A stretch of 64,000 bases of DNA, taken from positions 23,760 through 87,759 of the forward strand of contig JBAYXD010000001.1 of assembly GCA_041673725.1 (NCBI GenBank), written 5' to 3'. This stretch comes from Bacilli bacterium. GTDB taxonomy: Bacteria > Bacillota_I > Bacilli_A > RFN20 > CAG-826. The notes under the pieces are model-generated. The model did not search any database. It saw nothing but the letters and a program-made list of their open reading frames with translations, and had not been told where the DNA came from. Within the stretch, counting starts at the first letter, position 1. Every line of letters starts with the position of its first letter. A program made the position numbers and the translations under genes. Of this stretch, positions 29,001 to 39,072 are shown in pieces.

Positions 29001-29945
29001 TTATTTAATTCTTTCTAGAATTCTTAATTTTGCGCTTTTAGCACGATGATTTTCGTCTAATTCTTCTTGTCCAGCTATTATTACTTTTTTATTTATCTCC
29101 TTATAATCAGGAGTTTTCATGTCTTTTGGATCAAGATAATCGTTTAAGCGATTTCCTTCAATTACTGAGTACTTTCGGAATAAACCTTTTACTATCTTAT
29201 CTTCCAAGGACTGAAATGTAATAACACAGACCCTTCCACCAACTTTTAGCGATTTAATCACATCCTCTAGAGATTTACTTAATACATTAAGTTCGTCATT
29301 TACTTCAATTCTTAATGCCTGGAAAATCTGCTTTGCAGGATGACCCACTACTTCAAGTTCTTTTTTAGGTTTTGAGGATTTGATTATTTCAACTAATTCA
29401 CTTGTAGTTTTAATAGGTTCAATTTCCCTACGCTTAACAATGTTTTTAGCAACTTGGTAAGAATATCGATCCTCACCATATTCCTTAAATACTCTATTAA
29501 GCTCTACCAATGAGTAAGTATTTACAATCACCTCTGCTGTTAAAGAACGAGTGGTATCCATTCGCATATCGAGTGGTCCATCAAATCTATAGGAGAAGCC
29601 TCGATAATCTTCATCGAACATTGGGGAACTAACCCCTAAATCGAATAAGGCTCCATCTATCAAATTAATATTCATCCCATCTAACACTTCTCTTATATTT
29701 ACAAAATTTGTTTTCACTATTTTGAAGTTAGAACCAATTTTGCTCAACTTCTCTTGACTATACTTAATCGCTTCATCGTCTTGATCTAAACCTATTAGTA
29801 AGCCATCTTTATTTAGTCTTTTTAGTATTTCACTACTATGTCCAGCTCTACCAAGGGTTAAATCAACATAAGTACCATCTTTTTTAATATCTAATCCTTC
29901 AATCACTTCTTTAAGTAATACTGGCTTGTGTTCGTTACTTTTCAT
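29001..29945 (-). CDS. rsmH: 16S rRNA (cytosine1402-N4)-methyltransferase RsmH/MraW
   Basis: N-terminus HKPVLLKEV, SAM-binding region DLTLGRAGHS, 314 aa; overlaps mraZ. Confidence 0.9.
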   Translation of the reverse strand: MKSNEHKPVLLKEVIEGLDIKKDGTYVDLTLGRAGHSSEILKRLNKDGLLIGLDQDDEAIKYSQEKLSKIGSNFKIVKTNFVNIREVLDGMNINLIDGALFDLGVSSPMFDEDYRGFSYRFDGPLDMRMDTTRSLTAEVIVNTYSLVELNRVFKEYGEDRYSYQVAKNIVKRREIEPIKTTSELVEIIKSSKPKKELEVVGHPAKQIFQALRIEVNDELNVLSKSLEDVIKSLKVGGRVCVITFQSLEDKIVKGLFRKYSVIEGNRLNDYLDPKDMKTPDYKEINKKVIIAGQEELDENHRAKSAKLRILERIK

Positions 29946-30387
29946 CTTTTAATAGATCTTCAGCATCTTTCTCGAAATCTTTTTCATGTTCGTCACGATA
30001 TTTATCCCAAGATTCGCTGTCCCAAACTTCGAAATGATCTAATAGACCGATAATTTTAACTGCTTTGCCAATACAATACTTTTGAAGCGTCTTTATTGGA
30101 AGTTGAATTCTTCCTGATTTATCAATTGTTAATTCCACAACTGTTTCTAGAAGAACCCTGAGATGAAGTCTTGCCTTCTCTTTCTCAAATTGAAGTGTTT
30201 GGAGTTTGTTAAGTGCGTTATTGAAATCCGATTCTTTATAGATTGAGATGCAGCCATCATAACCTTTCATAAGATAAAGTTTATCCCCAATTTCATTTCT
30301 GAACTTGCTTGGGATAACTAGACGGCCTTTATCATCTATAGAATAATCGTAGCTTCCAAGGAACATATTATTCACACTTCCTCCCAC
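29935..30387 (-). CDS. mraZ: transcriptional regulator MraZ
   Basis: two MraZ/SpoVT-AbrB repeats; N-terminus FLGSYDYSIDDKGRLVIPSKFR. Confidence 0.9.
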   Translation of the reverse strand: MGGSVNNMFLGSYDYSIDDKGRLVIPSKFRNEIGDKLYLMKGYDGCISIYKESDFNNALNKLQTLQFEKEKARLHLRVLLETVVELTIDKSGRIQLPIKTLQKYCIGKAVKIIGLLDHFEVWDSESWDKYRDEHEKDFEKDAEDLLKDEK

Positions 30388-30388
30388 T

Positions 30389-30416
30389 TTCTTCCACCTA
30401 CAACTATATTTTAACT
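30389..30416 (-). promoter_or_regulatory. candidate MraZ operator: three GTGNNAG direct repeats at 10-bp phasing in the mraZ 5'UTR
   Basis: minus strand reads GGTGGAAGAAAGTGGGAGGAAGTGTGAATAAT then ATG; resembles the phased TGGGN repeats bound by MraZ. Confidence 0.3.
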
Positions 30417-30585
30417 AAAAAAAACATTTCTTGCAAGTGTTATTTGCAAAAAATGTAATTTAATTTTTGTTCGACTACATCGACTATATTTTAACAATTT
30501 CTATACTTTTATTTCAAGTGTTTTGTTTACCCATAAAAAGAGATTCAAAACTAGATTAAAACAACTCTCCCACTACTTAAACAAC

Positions 30586-31080
30586 CTATTTATCACCAAA
30601 ATCAATATCTTTTAATGAATCAAAAACGTTTCCAGTCTGTTCATTTTCTTTTTCTCTTCGAAGATCTTCCTCAGTAATAACACGATAATTATCACCAGAA
30701 GGTAATTCTTCACCATTCTTATGAATATTAATTGGAATAGAGGTTAAAATTAATGAATAAATAAAATCATCAAAATTGATTTCATCATCGACTAAAATTA
30801 TCTCATCACAGGCTTGATCTTTCTTATTTGTAAAACAAATAGTATCGTTAATACGAATATCTTGATCAAAAGGAATGTTTGTATAACTTGAAACAACCTT
30901 GCAATTAAGTTTTAACTTAATATTGGCAACTATTGTGTTATGAGCTTTGTCAAAAGAGATTGTTCCACTAGTTCTATTGATTTTCTTTAATACCTTACTA
31001 TTTTCATCAAAATAATGATCAAGAGTAGAGTTATAATCAATGACTTCTTTATCGATTATGTCGTTAAAAAACATTTTCAT
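30586..31080 (-). CDS. YceD/YlbN-like DUF177 protein (large-subunit rRNA accumulation protein)
   Basis: about 164 aa, internal Cys pair (ICFTNKKDQAC), C-terminal tail VITEEDLRREKENEQTGNVFDSLKDI resembling the YlbN C-terminus (VMTEENQ...PRLAALEKL). Confidence 0.5.
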   Translation of the reverse strand: MKMFFNDIIDKEVIDYNSTLDHYFDENSKVLKKINRTSGTISFDKAHNTIVANIKLKLNCKVVSSYTNIPFDQDIRINDTICFTNKKDQACDEIILVDDEINFDDFIYSLILTSIPINIHKNGEELPSGDNYRVITEEDLRREKENEQTGNVFDSLKDIDFGDK

Positions 31081-31082
31081 AA

Positions 31083-33470
31083 TTAAGCCCTGATCGAACC
31101 TTTAAATTTAGTCGATATTAGCTCACGAATCTTACTATCAACTTCACTAATCTCTTTATCATTTAATGTATGGTCTTTTCCATCAAACATAACTCTTAAA
31201 GCAATTGAAACCTTGTTTGGTTCAAGCTTTTCACCTTCATAGATATCGAAAATATGTATTTCACTAATTAAAGAAGATAATTTTTTGATGTCATTTTTAA
31301 TATCGCTAAATTTAACATCGTCATTAATAACAAAAGCATAATCACGAGAAACTGATGGGAACTTATTAAAATCATTAAAATGATTGTTGCCAGTTTTGCA
31401 ACCAAACAACAAAGATAGATTCATTTCAAGAAGAATTGTTTCTTCTTTCTTTAAGTCATATTTAGATTTAAGAGTTGGATAAATATCTCCCATAACAGCG
31501 AGAGTTTTTCCATCTAATGTTACTTTAACTGAACGATTTGGATGTAACTCTTTAGAATCTAATAATCGGTCATATCTAATTCGACTTGGTTGAATATTAA
31601 ATAATTCAAGAATTCCCTCTAAATAACCTTTCATATCATAAAAAGTATATGGGGTTTCTCCGAGTTCATCTTGAGTAAACTTTTTACCAAATAAACAAAT
31701 TGATAAATGGTAACTATTCTCTTTCTTATCATTAATTTGCGAGATTTCAAAAAGACCAAAATTCTTGTTTTGATGATTAAAATTATATTGAACAGTCCTT
31801 AAAAGACTACTTAATAAATTAGTTCTAATATATTTATGATCTTCAGTTAAAGGATTAATAATCTCGTAACCATCATTCTTGTTTACAAGATTAAATGAGT
31901 CTTTATCTTCTTTATTTATAAGAGTATAAGTAACAATTCTATCAAGACCACTACTAAGCAAATAATCACTAATGCATTTAGATTTATTACTAAATTCACT
32001 TCTAGTTCCAACAGTAGTTTCCATTAATGGTAATGTCGATTCAATCTTACTAAAACCATTATATCGAATAACTTCTTCTGATAAATCAGCTTTGCCTTCA
32101 ATATCAATTCTCGAAGATGGAATAACAGCAATAAAACCGTTATCATCGACATTTTTTGTAACAATATAAAGTTTATTTAACGTATTTATAATGTCTTTAT
32201 TGGTAAATGATGTGCCAAGACGATTATTAATATAGCTAAAGGTACATGGAATCTCTTTATCTTTATAATTCAAAACATTATAGGAATTAGTTTTACTAAC
32301 TTCAAGATATTTTGCTAATTCACTCATAAAGTGAGTAACAAGTTCCATAACTTCATTAGTTTGATTAGGATTAATACCTTTAACAAATCTTTGTGAACTA
32401 TCACTAGAAATGCCGAGTCTTATGCATGTTTTTCTAATTTGTGGTCCATAAAAGTTAGCTGATTCGACAATAATATTCTTACTGTCTTTTGTGACTTCAC
32501 AACATTTGCAAGTCATAATACCAGCAATACACATAACTTTGTTATCGCTAGTAATTACAATATCGCCTTTTTTAATCGAATAAGTCTTATCATCCATGGC
32601 AACAACGTCCCCTTCAAAATCATCACGAACTATAAGTTCCTTTTTAGGAAGTTTGTCAGCATCATACATATTAATTGGTTGGCCACTAAGAAGCATTACA
32701 TAGTTACCAATATCCACTATATTATCAATAGAACGGATGCCTTCGTTACGTAAAATACTTTGTAATGATTTTGGTGAATCTTGAGTCTTAACATCACCAA
32801 AAAAGCGAATAGAAAATACTTTACATTTCTCAGTTAGACTATTAACAATATACTTATTATCTACTAATTTATTACTAATATATGATGGAATAGTAACTTT
32901 CCTATCAAAAAGAGAACCAATCTCTTTTGCAACGTTATATAAAGAATAAGCATCGCTTCGATTAGCTAATAAAGATAAATCTAGAATTACATCATCAAGT
33001 CCAAGATACTTTAAAACGTTTGTTTCACCAACAGGAGCATCTTCAGGTAGCTCTTCAATTCCTTCAATTTGTTCTTTGCGTAAATCTTTTGGATCAACAC
33101 CAATTTCATTAAGTGCGCAAAGCATTCCACAACTATCAATGCCACGAATAGTGGATTTTTTAATTTCTTTATCAGGAAGTTTTGCTCCATCTTTAGCAAC
33201 AATAACTTTTAAATCTAATCTACAATTAGGTGCACCGCAAACAATTTGTAAAACCTCGCTACCAATATCGACTTGATTTACATGTAAATGATCACTTTCT
33301 GGATGCTTATCGCATTTTATAATATGACCAATTACTAAATTTGTTGCAGTAGAAAGATGTTTTATAGTTTCTACTTCTATTCCTGCTGATGTTAATTTAT
33401 CTGCAATTTCTTCAGGAGTAATCCCCTTTAAATCAACATATTTACTTATTTCATTAATTGATACTAACAT
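31083..33470 (-). CDS. pheT: phenylalanine--tRNA ligase beta subunit
   Basis: 795 aa; N-terminal tRNA-binding domain, B3/B4, B5 and class-II-like catalytic fold; follows pheS. Confidence 0.95.
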   Translation of the reverse strand: MLVSINEISKYVDLKGITPEEIADKLTSAGIEVETIKHLSTATNLVIGHIIKCDKHPESDHLHVNQVDIGSEVLQIVCGAPNCRLDLKVIVAKDGAKLPDKEIKKSTIRGIDSCGMLCALNEIGVDPKDLRKEQIEGIEELPEDAPVGETNVLKYLGLDDVILDLSLLANRSDAYSLYNVAKEIGSLFDRKVTIPSYISNKLVDNKYIVNSLTEKCKVFSIRFFGDVKTQDSPKSLQSILRNEGIRSIDNIVDIGNYVMLLSGQPINMYDADKLPKKELIVRDDFEGDVVAMDDKTYSIKKGDIVITSDNKVMCIAGIMTCKCCEVTKDSKNIIVESANFYGPQIRKTCIRLGISSDSSQRFVKGINPNQTNEVMELVTHFMSELAKYLEVSKTNSYNVLNYKDKEIPCTFSYINNRLGTSFTNKDIINTLNKLYIVTKNVDDNGFIAVIPSSRIDIEGKADLSEEVIRYNGFSKIESTLPLMETTVGTRSEFSNKSKCISDYLLSSGLDRIVTYTLINKEDKDSFNLVNKNDGYEIINPLTEDHKYIRTNLLSSLLRTVQYNFNHQNKNFGLFEISQINDKKENSYHLSICLFGKKFTQDELGETPYTFYDMKGYLEGILELFNIQPSRIRYDRLLDSKELHPNRSVKVTLDGKTLAVMGDIYPTLKSKYDLKKEETILLEMNLSLLFGCKTGNNHFNDFNKFPSVSRDYAFVINDDVKFSDIKNDIKKLSSLISEIHIFDIYEGEKLEPNKVSIALRVMFDGKDHTLNDKEISEVDSKIRELISTKFKGSIRA

Positions 33471-33473
33471 AGA

Positions 33474-34517
33474 TTAATCCTCTACTTTCTTGTTGAATTG
33501 ATTAATGAAACGAATATCGTTTGAATAAATTCGACGAATATCATCAATACCATAACGAAGCATTGCAACACGATCAATTCCAACACCAAAAGCAAAACCA
33601 CTATATACTTCTGGATCATAACCAGACATTTTTAAAACATTTGGATGAACCATTCCAGCTCCAAGAATTTCTATCCAACCACTACCTTTGCAAGTTGGAC
33701 ATCCTTTTCCATGACATTTAAAGCAACTGATATCAACCTCAACAGATGGTTCAGTAAATGGAAAATAAGAAGATCTAAAGCGAACTTTTGAATCTTTTGA
33801 AAACATTTCTTTTGCAAATAATTCAAGTGTTCCTTTTAAATTAGCTAAATTAATATTCTTATCAATAACTAAACCTTCAACTTGAGCAAATTGATGACTA
33901 TGTGTCATATCATCGTCATCTCGACGATAACATTTGCCAGGGCAAATAACCTTGATTGGTTTACCTTTAGCAAGGCGCATAATCTGTGGTTGCATCGAAC
34001 TTGTTTGGGTTCGAAGTAATAAATTATCATTAATATAGAAAGAATCTTGCATATCTCTAGCAGGATGATCACGAGGAATATTAACTAATTCAAAGTTATA
34101 TTCATCAGTAACAACTTCTGGTCCTTCATGAACTTCATAACCCATACCAATAAAAATATCTTCAATTTCACCTAAAACTTTATAGAAAGGATTGTTCTTC
34201 CCTTCAATATGATTTATTCCAGGTAAAGTTATATCAATAGATTCATTTGCTAAAGCCTTTTCAAGTTCGATAGACTTAGCTTTTTCAAGTTTATCATTAA
34301 GTGCATTTTCAACAGTCATACGTGCATTATTAACGATTTGACCATAACTTTTCTTCTCTTCTATAGATAATTCTTTCATCTTAAGCATTAACGATGAAAT
34401 ACTACCTTTTTTAGATAGATATTTGTTACGACACTCATTAATTTCATCAAGGGTATTAGCTTTATTAATATCAGCTAAAGCCTCTTTTACCAATGATTCA
34501 ACAGCATTTTCTTCCAT
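33474..34517 (-). CDS. pheS: phenylalanine--tRNA ligase alpha subunit
   Basis: class-II motifs (FRSSYFPFTEPS, GAGMVHP), 347 aa; RBS AGGAG. Confidence 0.95.
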   Translation of the reverse strand: MEENAVESLVKEALADINKANTLDEINECRNKYLSKKGSISSLMLKMKELSIEEKKSYGQIVNNARMTVENALNDKLEKAKSIELEKALANESIDITLPGINHIEGKNNPFYKVLGEIEDIFIGMGYEVHEGPEVVTDEYNFELVNIPRDHPARDMQDSFYINDNLLLRTQTSSMQPQIMRLAKGKPIKVICPGKCYRRDDDDMTHSHQFAQVEGLVIDKNINLANLKGTLELFAKEMFSKDSKVRFRSSYFPFTEPSVEVDISCFKCHGKGCPTCKGSGWIEILGAGMVHPNVLKMSGYDPEVYSGFAFGVGIDRVAMLRYGIDDIRRIYSNDIRFINQFNKKVED

Positions 34518-34532
34518 AAAAACTCCTTAGAA

Positions 34533-34793
34533 CTAACCTTTTAAACCATCCGATTGTCTTTGCATATTTTCAACAACAACATCACTAATATCACCAATAG
34601 ATTGGGCATATTCAAGAATTTGCCATGGCTCATTAGTATGGAAATGAATCTTAATTAAAGTGTCATCTCCGACAGCAATTAAGCAATCACCCTTAAAATG
34701 TTCAGTAATATACTTATTTATTTCATCCTCATTTAAACCAGTCCCATTAATTAACAATTGCGTATCAAACTTAAATTCTAATTTTTCTGACAT
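34533..34793 (-). CDS. small protein resembling the central segment of DAK2-fusion protein YloV
   Basis: 86 aa from MSEKLEF; GDCLIAVGDDTLIKIHFHTNEPWQILEYAQSIGDISDVVVENMQRQ closely matches the YloV region GDSL-VVgdddlvkVHvHTndPgkvle-a--lGeL--ikieNMreQ; RBS AAAGGAGAAAC; sits between T-box and pheS. Confidence 0.45.
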   Translation of the reverse strand: MSEKLEFKFDTQLLINGTGLNEDEINKYITEHFKGDCLIAVGDDTLIKIHFHTNEPWQILEYAQSIGDISDVVVENMQRQSDGLKG

Positions 34794-34799
34794 ATTTGT

Positions 34800-35075
34800 T
34801 TCTCCTTTAGAAATAAAAAAAGAACTAGTTAGGAGCGAATTTCTCCGCGGTACCATCCTAATTCTTAATTAAACTTAATTAAACTATTTAACGCATAGAA
34901 TGCGGGTTCATCAAACCTGCTCAGAGGTGAATTTCATAGGTCTAATCGAAATGTTTCCACTATCCATTTCTCACTAGAAATTAGTAACTCTATTACTACT
35001 CCTCATCAACGCATTAATATAATATCATTTTATTAATTTTTCTTCACTACTTTTTGAAGGCAAAAAATACTGAAT
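34800..35075 (-). promoter_or_regulatory. T-box riboswitch leader (presumed Phe specifier) controlling the small ORF and pheST
   Basis: minus-strand T-box sequence AGGATGGTACCGCGG (plus coords 34845-34859), then a short stem and T7 run just before the RBS. Confidence 0.6.
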
Positions 35076-35090
35076 AGGGAATATTCATTT

Positions 35091-35654
35091 TTAATTGTAA
35101 TTAGTAAAGAATCTTTCGGCTTCATCTACAAACTCTTCAAAATTAAAGTCTTTATTTTGTAGGCCTTTATGCACAATTGCTCCATCAGTTAATAAAAGAA
35201 TCAACCACGATAAGAATTTTGCATCTTCAGGTTTACATTCAGTTTTAATTCTTTCGTAGATAGATTTGTTAAAAAGATTGTATTTCTCAATCATTTTTGT
35301 CTTTAAAACTTCATTCCCATTCGTGCACTCAGCAAGTAAATTGATTCGCATAGATGGATAACTAGTTCCTTTTAAGAGAACAAACTTAACAATACGATGA
35401 AGAGAAGTATCCTTATCTTTATTATCTATCCAAGTGATTAAATCATTATATAATTCATCGATTCTCCTCGAAAAGATGTCATAAACAATATCACTCTTAT
35501 TTTGATAATAGTAATAAATTGTACCACTGCTTATTTTGCAACTCTTCGCTACATCTCTTAAAGAGATATCAGAAAAATTTTTATTTACTAATAATTTTTC
35601 AGTTTCCTTAAGAATTAATTCTTTGATGTTTTCGCTATTTCTTTTTCTTGCCAT
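35091..35654 (-). CDS. TetR/AcrR family transcriptional regulator
   Basis: N-terminal HTH LRDVAKSCKISSGTIYYYYQNKSDIV, 187 aa, divergent from the flavoenzyme cluster. Confidence 0.8.
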   Translation of the reverse strand: MARKRNSENIKELILKETEKLLVNKNFSDISLRDVAKSCKISSGTIYYYYQNKSDIVYDIFSRRIDELYNDLITWIDNKDKDTSLHRIVKFVLLKGTSYPSMRINLLAECTNGNEVLKTKMIEKYNLFNKSIYERIKTECKPEDAKFLSWLILLLTDGAIVHKGLQNKDFNFEEFVDEAERFFTNYN

Positions 35655-35715
35655 AAAAATGTCCTCTAAAATCCATTGTTTTTAATTTATGAATATTATA
35701 TACTAATTTTATTAA

Positions 35716-35731
35716 ATCGGTCAATCGACCG
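35716..35731. promoter_or_regulatory. candidate TetR operator palindrome in the divergent intergenic region
   Basis: TCGGTC-AATC-GACCGA perfect 6-bp inverted repeat, GC-rich island in an AT-rich spacer, about 25 nt upstream of the RBS of the plus-strand cluster. Confidence 0.45.
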
Positions 35732-35753
35732 ACATAAGTTTGGAAGGTTACAT

Positions 35754-37463
35754 ATGAAAATCAAAAAATTAGAAAAAAAGTTTAAGAAACTCTATCCTTC
35801 AATTAATGTTGAAGAAAAAGATGGTTGTGTCCATTTAACCGGTACTCTCGATAATTGGGATGATATCGTTAATGCTGGTTATTTATCTGTTGATAAAAAG
35901 CGTTATATTGGTGTTCTTAACGATATAAAGTTAAAAGATTTCGTTGAACCAACCATGAGAATTCCAAAAGTAGTCGATAAATCACTTGAGGGATTAAAAG
36001 TTGATTGTCTTGTAATTGGAGGCGGAATATCTGGCACTTCAATCCTCAGAGAACTCATGCGTTATAACGTTTCGGCTTTATTAGTTGAAAAAGAATCTGA
36101 TTTAGCTATGCAAGCAAGTGGACGAAACGATGGAGAAGTTCATCCAGGTGTCGACTTAAATAAAGGTAGCAAAAAACAATACTATGTTGTTAGATCAAAC
36201 CCAGATTTTGGAAAGATTTGTGATGAACTGGGCGTTGATTTTTTTCGTAGAGGTCAATATGCTTGTTTTGATAAACCTCTAAGTCCAATATTAAAATTAT
36301 TTGCTAAATTCCGTACAAAAAATGGATGCCCTACTGAAGTTGCTAGTAAAAAAGAAATTGAAGAAAAAGAGAAATTCTTTAATAAAAATGTAAAATGCGC
36401 AGTTTCTAATCCTCAATCAGGAGTTGTTTCGCCATATGAATTAACCATTGCTTTTGCAGAAAACGCAGTTGCAAATGGAGCAAAAGTTTCGTTAGATACT
36501 GCAGTTTTAGGAATAAATGTTGAAAATAACCGAATAATTTCAGTGGTTACAAATAGAGGAATAATCTATCCAAAAGTTGTTATCAATGCTGCCGGATGTT
36601 TTTCAGATAAAATAGCCGAAATGGCTCATGATAGATTTTTCACTATTCATCCACGTTGTGGAACTGACTATATATTAGATAATAAGGTCAGCAATCAAAT
36701 TAACCATATTTCTTCTATTATGGGTAAAACAAATAATAAGAAAAAACATTCTAAAGGTGGAGGAATTGTTAAAACTATTGATAATAATATTTTAATTGGT
36801 CCTAATGCTCACGAAACACCATATCGTGAAGATTTTTCTGTTACTTCTTGTTCGTTAGATGAAATACTACATAAACAAGAAAGACTTCTTCCAACATTAA
36901 ATAAAAAAGATATCATCGCATATTTTAGCGGTACAAGAGCTGCAACATATGAAGAAGATTTTTATATTAGCAAAGGATTAAGAACAAAAAATATTGTTCA
37001 TTGCGCTGGAATACAATCTCCTGGGTTAACCACTGCACCACTCGTTGCTAAAGATATTAGCAAGATGGCAATTGAGGAATTAAAAGAAATTCAAAATGTT
37101 GATATTAATCCTAAATTCAATCCTATTCGCAAAAAAGATCCTGTTTTAAGAAAACTAAGTAACGAAGAAAGAACTGAATTAATCAAAAAGAATCCAAGCT
37201 ATGGACGTATTGTCTGTCGTTGCGAACAAATTAGTGAAGGTGAAATTGTTGATTGTTTAAACCGTAACATAAAAGTTCCAACAATAAATGGAATTAAAAG
37301 ACGTGTACGACCTGGGATGGGTCGATGCCAAGGAGGATTTTGTATGCCATTGGTCGCAAAAATTATTGCTGATCATGAACATATAAATATTTATGATGTT
37401 AAGGGAAAACAAATGGATAATCCAGTAACTTTCAAATCTACGAAAGGAGAAAACCATGAATAA
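35754..37463 (+). CDS. FAD-dependent oxidoreductase, GlpA/LhgO-like, with C-terminal BFD-like [2Fe-2S] domain
   Basis: start refined to ATG at 35754 (RBS GGAAGG); dinucleotide fold VIGGGISGTS...LLVEKESD; C-terminal CRCEQISEGEIVDCL...GMGRCQGGFC BFD motif. Confidence 0.75.
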   Translation: MKIKKLEKKFKKLYPSINVEEKDGCVHLTGTLDNWDDIVNAGYLSVDKKRYIGVLNDIKLKDFVEPTMRIPKVVDKSLEGLKVDCLVIGGGISGTSILRELMRYNVSALLVEKESDLAMQASGRNDGEVHPGVDLNKGSKKQYYVVRSNPDFGKICDELGVDFFRRGQYACFDKPLSPILKLFAKFRTKNGCPTEVASKKEIEEKEKFFNKNVKCAVSNPQSGVVSPYELTIAFAENAVANGAKVSLDTAVLGINVENNRIISVVTNRGIIYPKVVINAAGCFSDKIAEMAHDRFFTIHPRCGTDYILDNKVSNQINHISSIMGKTNNKKKHSKGGGIVKTIDNNILIGPNAHETPYREDFSVTSCSLDEILHKQERLLPTLNKKDIIAYFSGTRAATYEEDFYISKGLRTKNIVHCAGIQSPGLTTAPLVAKDISKMAIEELKEIQNVDINPKFNPIRKKDPVLRKLSNEERTELIKKNPSYGRIVCRCEQISEGEIVDCLNRNIKVPTINGIKRRVRPGMGRCQGGFCMPLVAKIIADHEHINIYDVKGKQMDNPVTFKSTKGENHE

Positions 37464-38700
37464 GTACGATACAATCGTAATTGGTGGCGGACCAGCAGGT
37501 CTTGCTGCTGCAATCAGTGCCCATAATAATGGTGCTAATGTATTTTTAATTGAACGTGAAGCTAGACTTGGAGGTATTTTAAAACAATGTATCCATGATG
37601 GCTTTGGTTTACTCTATTTTAATGAAAAACTTTCTGGTCCTGAATATGCTCAAAATTTTATTGACAAGTTTAATGATTTAAAAATCGAATCCACTACTAA
37701 CAGTTTTGTTACTAAAATTATTAAAAAAGATAATCTATTTTATATCGATTATGTTTCCGAAAAAGGTATGCAAACCGTTATTTCGAAAACACTTATTTTA
37801 TCGACAGGATGTCGAGAAAGAACTTCTAAACAAGTGTTTATCAACGGAACAAGACCATATGGAGTATTTTCTGCTGGTACTGCTCAATATTTTACAAATA
37901 TATTAGGGGTTCTACCTGCTAAGAAATGTGTAATTTTAGGAAGTGGCGATATTGGTTTAATTATGGCTCGAAGATTAACTCTCGAAGGCGTGAAAGTTTT
38001 GGGAGTATATGAAATTCTTCCATCCCCATCAGGTTTAACCCGAAATATTCATCAATGTTTACTCGATTATAATATTCCACTACATCTATCCCATACTGTA
38101 ACGAGATTATTTGGTGAAAATCGTTTAGAAGCTGTTGAAATATCCAAAGTTGATGAAAAACTTCAACCAATTAAAGGTACGGAAGAGAAAATTGAATGTG
38201 ATGCCTTGATTCTTTCTGTAGGTTTACTTCCTGAAAACGAATTAGCTGAATCACTTGGTGTTCCACTTGATCCAAGAACTAGAGGACCAATTGTAAATGA
38301 AGATTATATGACAATGGTCGATGGAGTCTTTACTTGTGGAAACGCAATGCAAGTAAATGATTTAGTGGATTATGTCTCATTCACTGCTGAAAAAGCAGGT
38401 ATGAGTGCTGCAAAATACGCAATTCAAAATAGAAGTTATAATGAAGTAAGTGCTTCGAAAGATTTTGGTTATGTTTTGCCTCAAAGATTATCTAAAGAAA
38501 TTAAAGAAGAAAATGTCGACTTTTACTTCCGTTCAAAAAAGATTGAAGAAAAAGTTCAAGTACAATTGATCTCTAATGACAAAGTTGTATTTTCAAAAAC
38601 TTATATGCATCTAAAACCACCAGAAATGGAAAAGATTACTATTAAATCTAGTGATTTAAATGTTGATGGTAATCTTGAACTTATTATGAAAAGAGGTTAA
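37456..38700 (+). CDS. FAD/NAD(P)-binding pyridine nucleotide-disulfide oxidoreductase (NADH-oxidase-like partner subunit)
   Basis: IVIGGGPAGLAAA FAD fold, second Rossmann motif ILGSGDIGLIMA, 414 aa; start overlaps the upstream gene stop. Confidence 0.75.
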   Translation: MNKYDTIVIGGGPAGLAAAISAHNNGANVFLIEREARLGGILKQCIHDGFGLLYFNEKLSGPEYAQNFIDKFNDLKIESTTNSFVTKIIKKDNLFYIDYVSEKGMQTVISKTLILSTGCRERTSKQVFINGTRPYGVFSAGTAQYFTNILGVLPAKKCVILGSGDIGLIMARRLTLEGVKVLGVYEILPSPSGLTRNIHQCLLDYNIPLHLSHTVTRLFGENRLEAVEISKVDEKLQPIKGTEEKIECDALILSVGLLPENELAESLGVPLDPRTRGPIVNEDYMTMVDGVFTCGNAMQVNDLVDYVSFTAEKAGMSAAKYAIQNRSYNEVSASKDFGYVLPQRLSKEIKEENVDFYFRSKKIEEKVQVQLISNDKVVFSKTYMHLKPPEMEKITIKSSDLNVDGNLELIMKRG

Positions 38701-38702
38701 TT

Positions 38703-39071
38703 ATGAAAGAATTATCATGTATTGTATGTCCAAATAGTTGCTCTCTTAAAGTTGAATTGGTTGATGGAAAATATGTTGTTACTGGTAATAAATGTAAACG
38801 TGGAGAAAACTTTGCAATTAACGAAATGACTCGACCAATGCGAACTATTTCTTCTACTGTTCGTACAACATTTAGTGATGCACCAGTCGTTCCAGTTAGG
38901 GTATCTAGTGAAATTCCTAAAGATAAAATATTTGATGTTATGAAAGAAATTAATAAAGTAGTCCTTAATAAAAGAGTAAAAAGAGGCTATAAAGTAATTA
39001 GTAATTGTCTAGATTTAAATATTGATGTTATCGTCACTAGTAATGTATTAGTTGATAAAAAAGGAGAATAA
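38703..39071 (+). CDS. DUF1667 Cys-rich small subunit of the GlpA-like complex
   Basis: 122 aa; N-terminal CIVCPNSCSL...GNKCKRGENF Cys cluster typical of DUF1667; co-located with the two flavoproteins. Confidence 0.6.
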   Translation: MKELSCIVCPNSCSLKVELVDGKYVVTGNKCKRGENFAINEMTRPMRTISSTVRTTFSDAPVVPVRVSSEIPKDKIFDVMKEINKVVLNKRVKRGYKVISNCLDLNIDVIVTSNVLVDKKGE

Positions 39072-39072
39072 G

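Noticed and set aside
37257-37457. 66-aa minus-strand ORF at the junction of the two flavoprotein genes
   Set aside because: Antisense to tightly overlapping, well-supported plus-strand genes.
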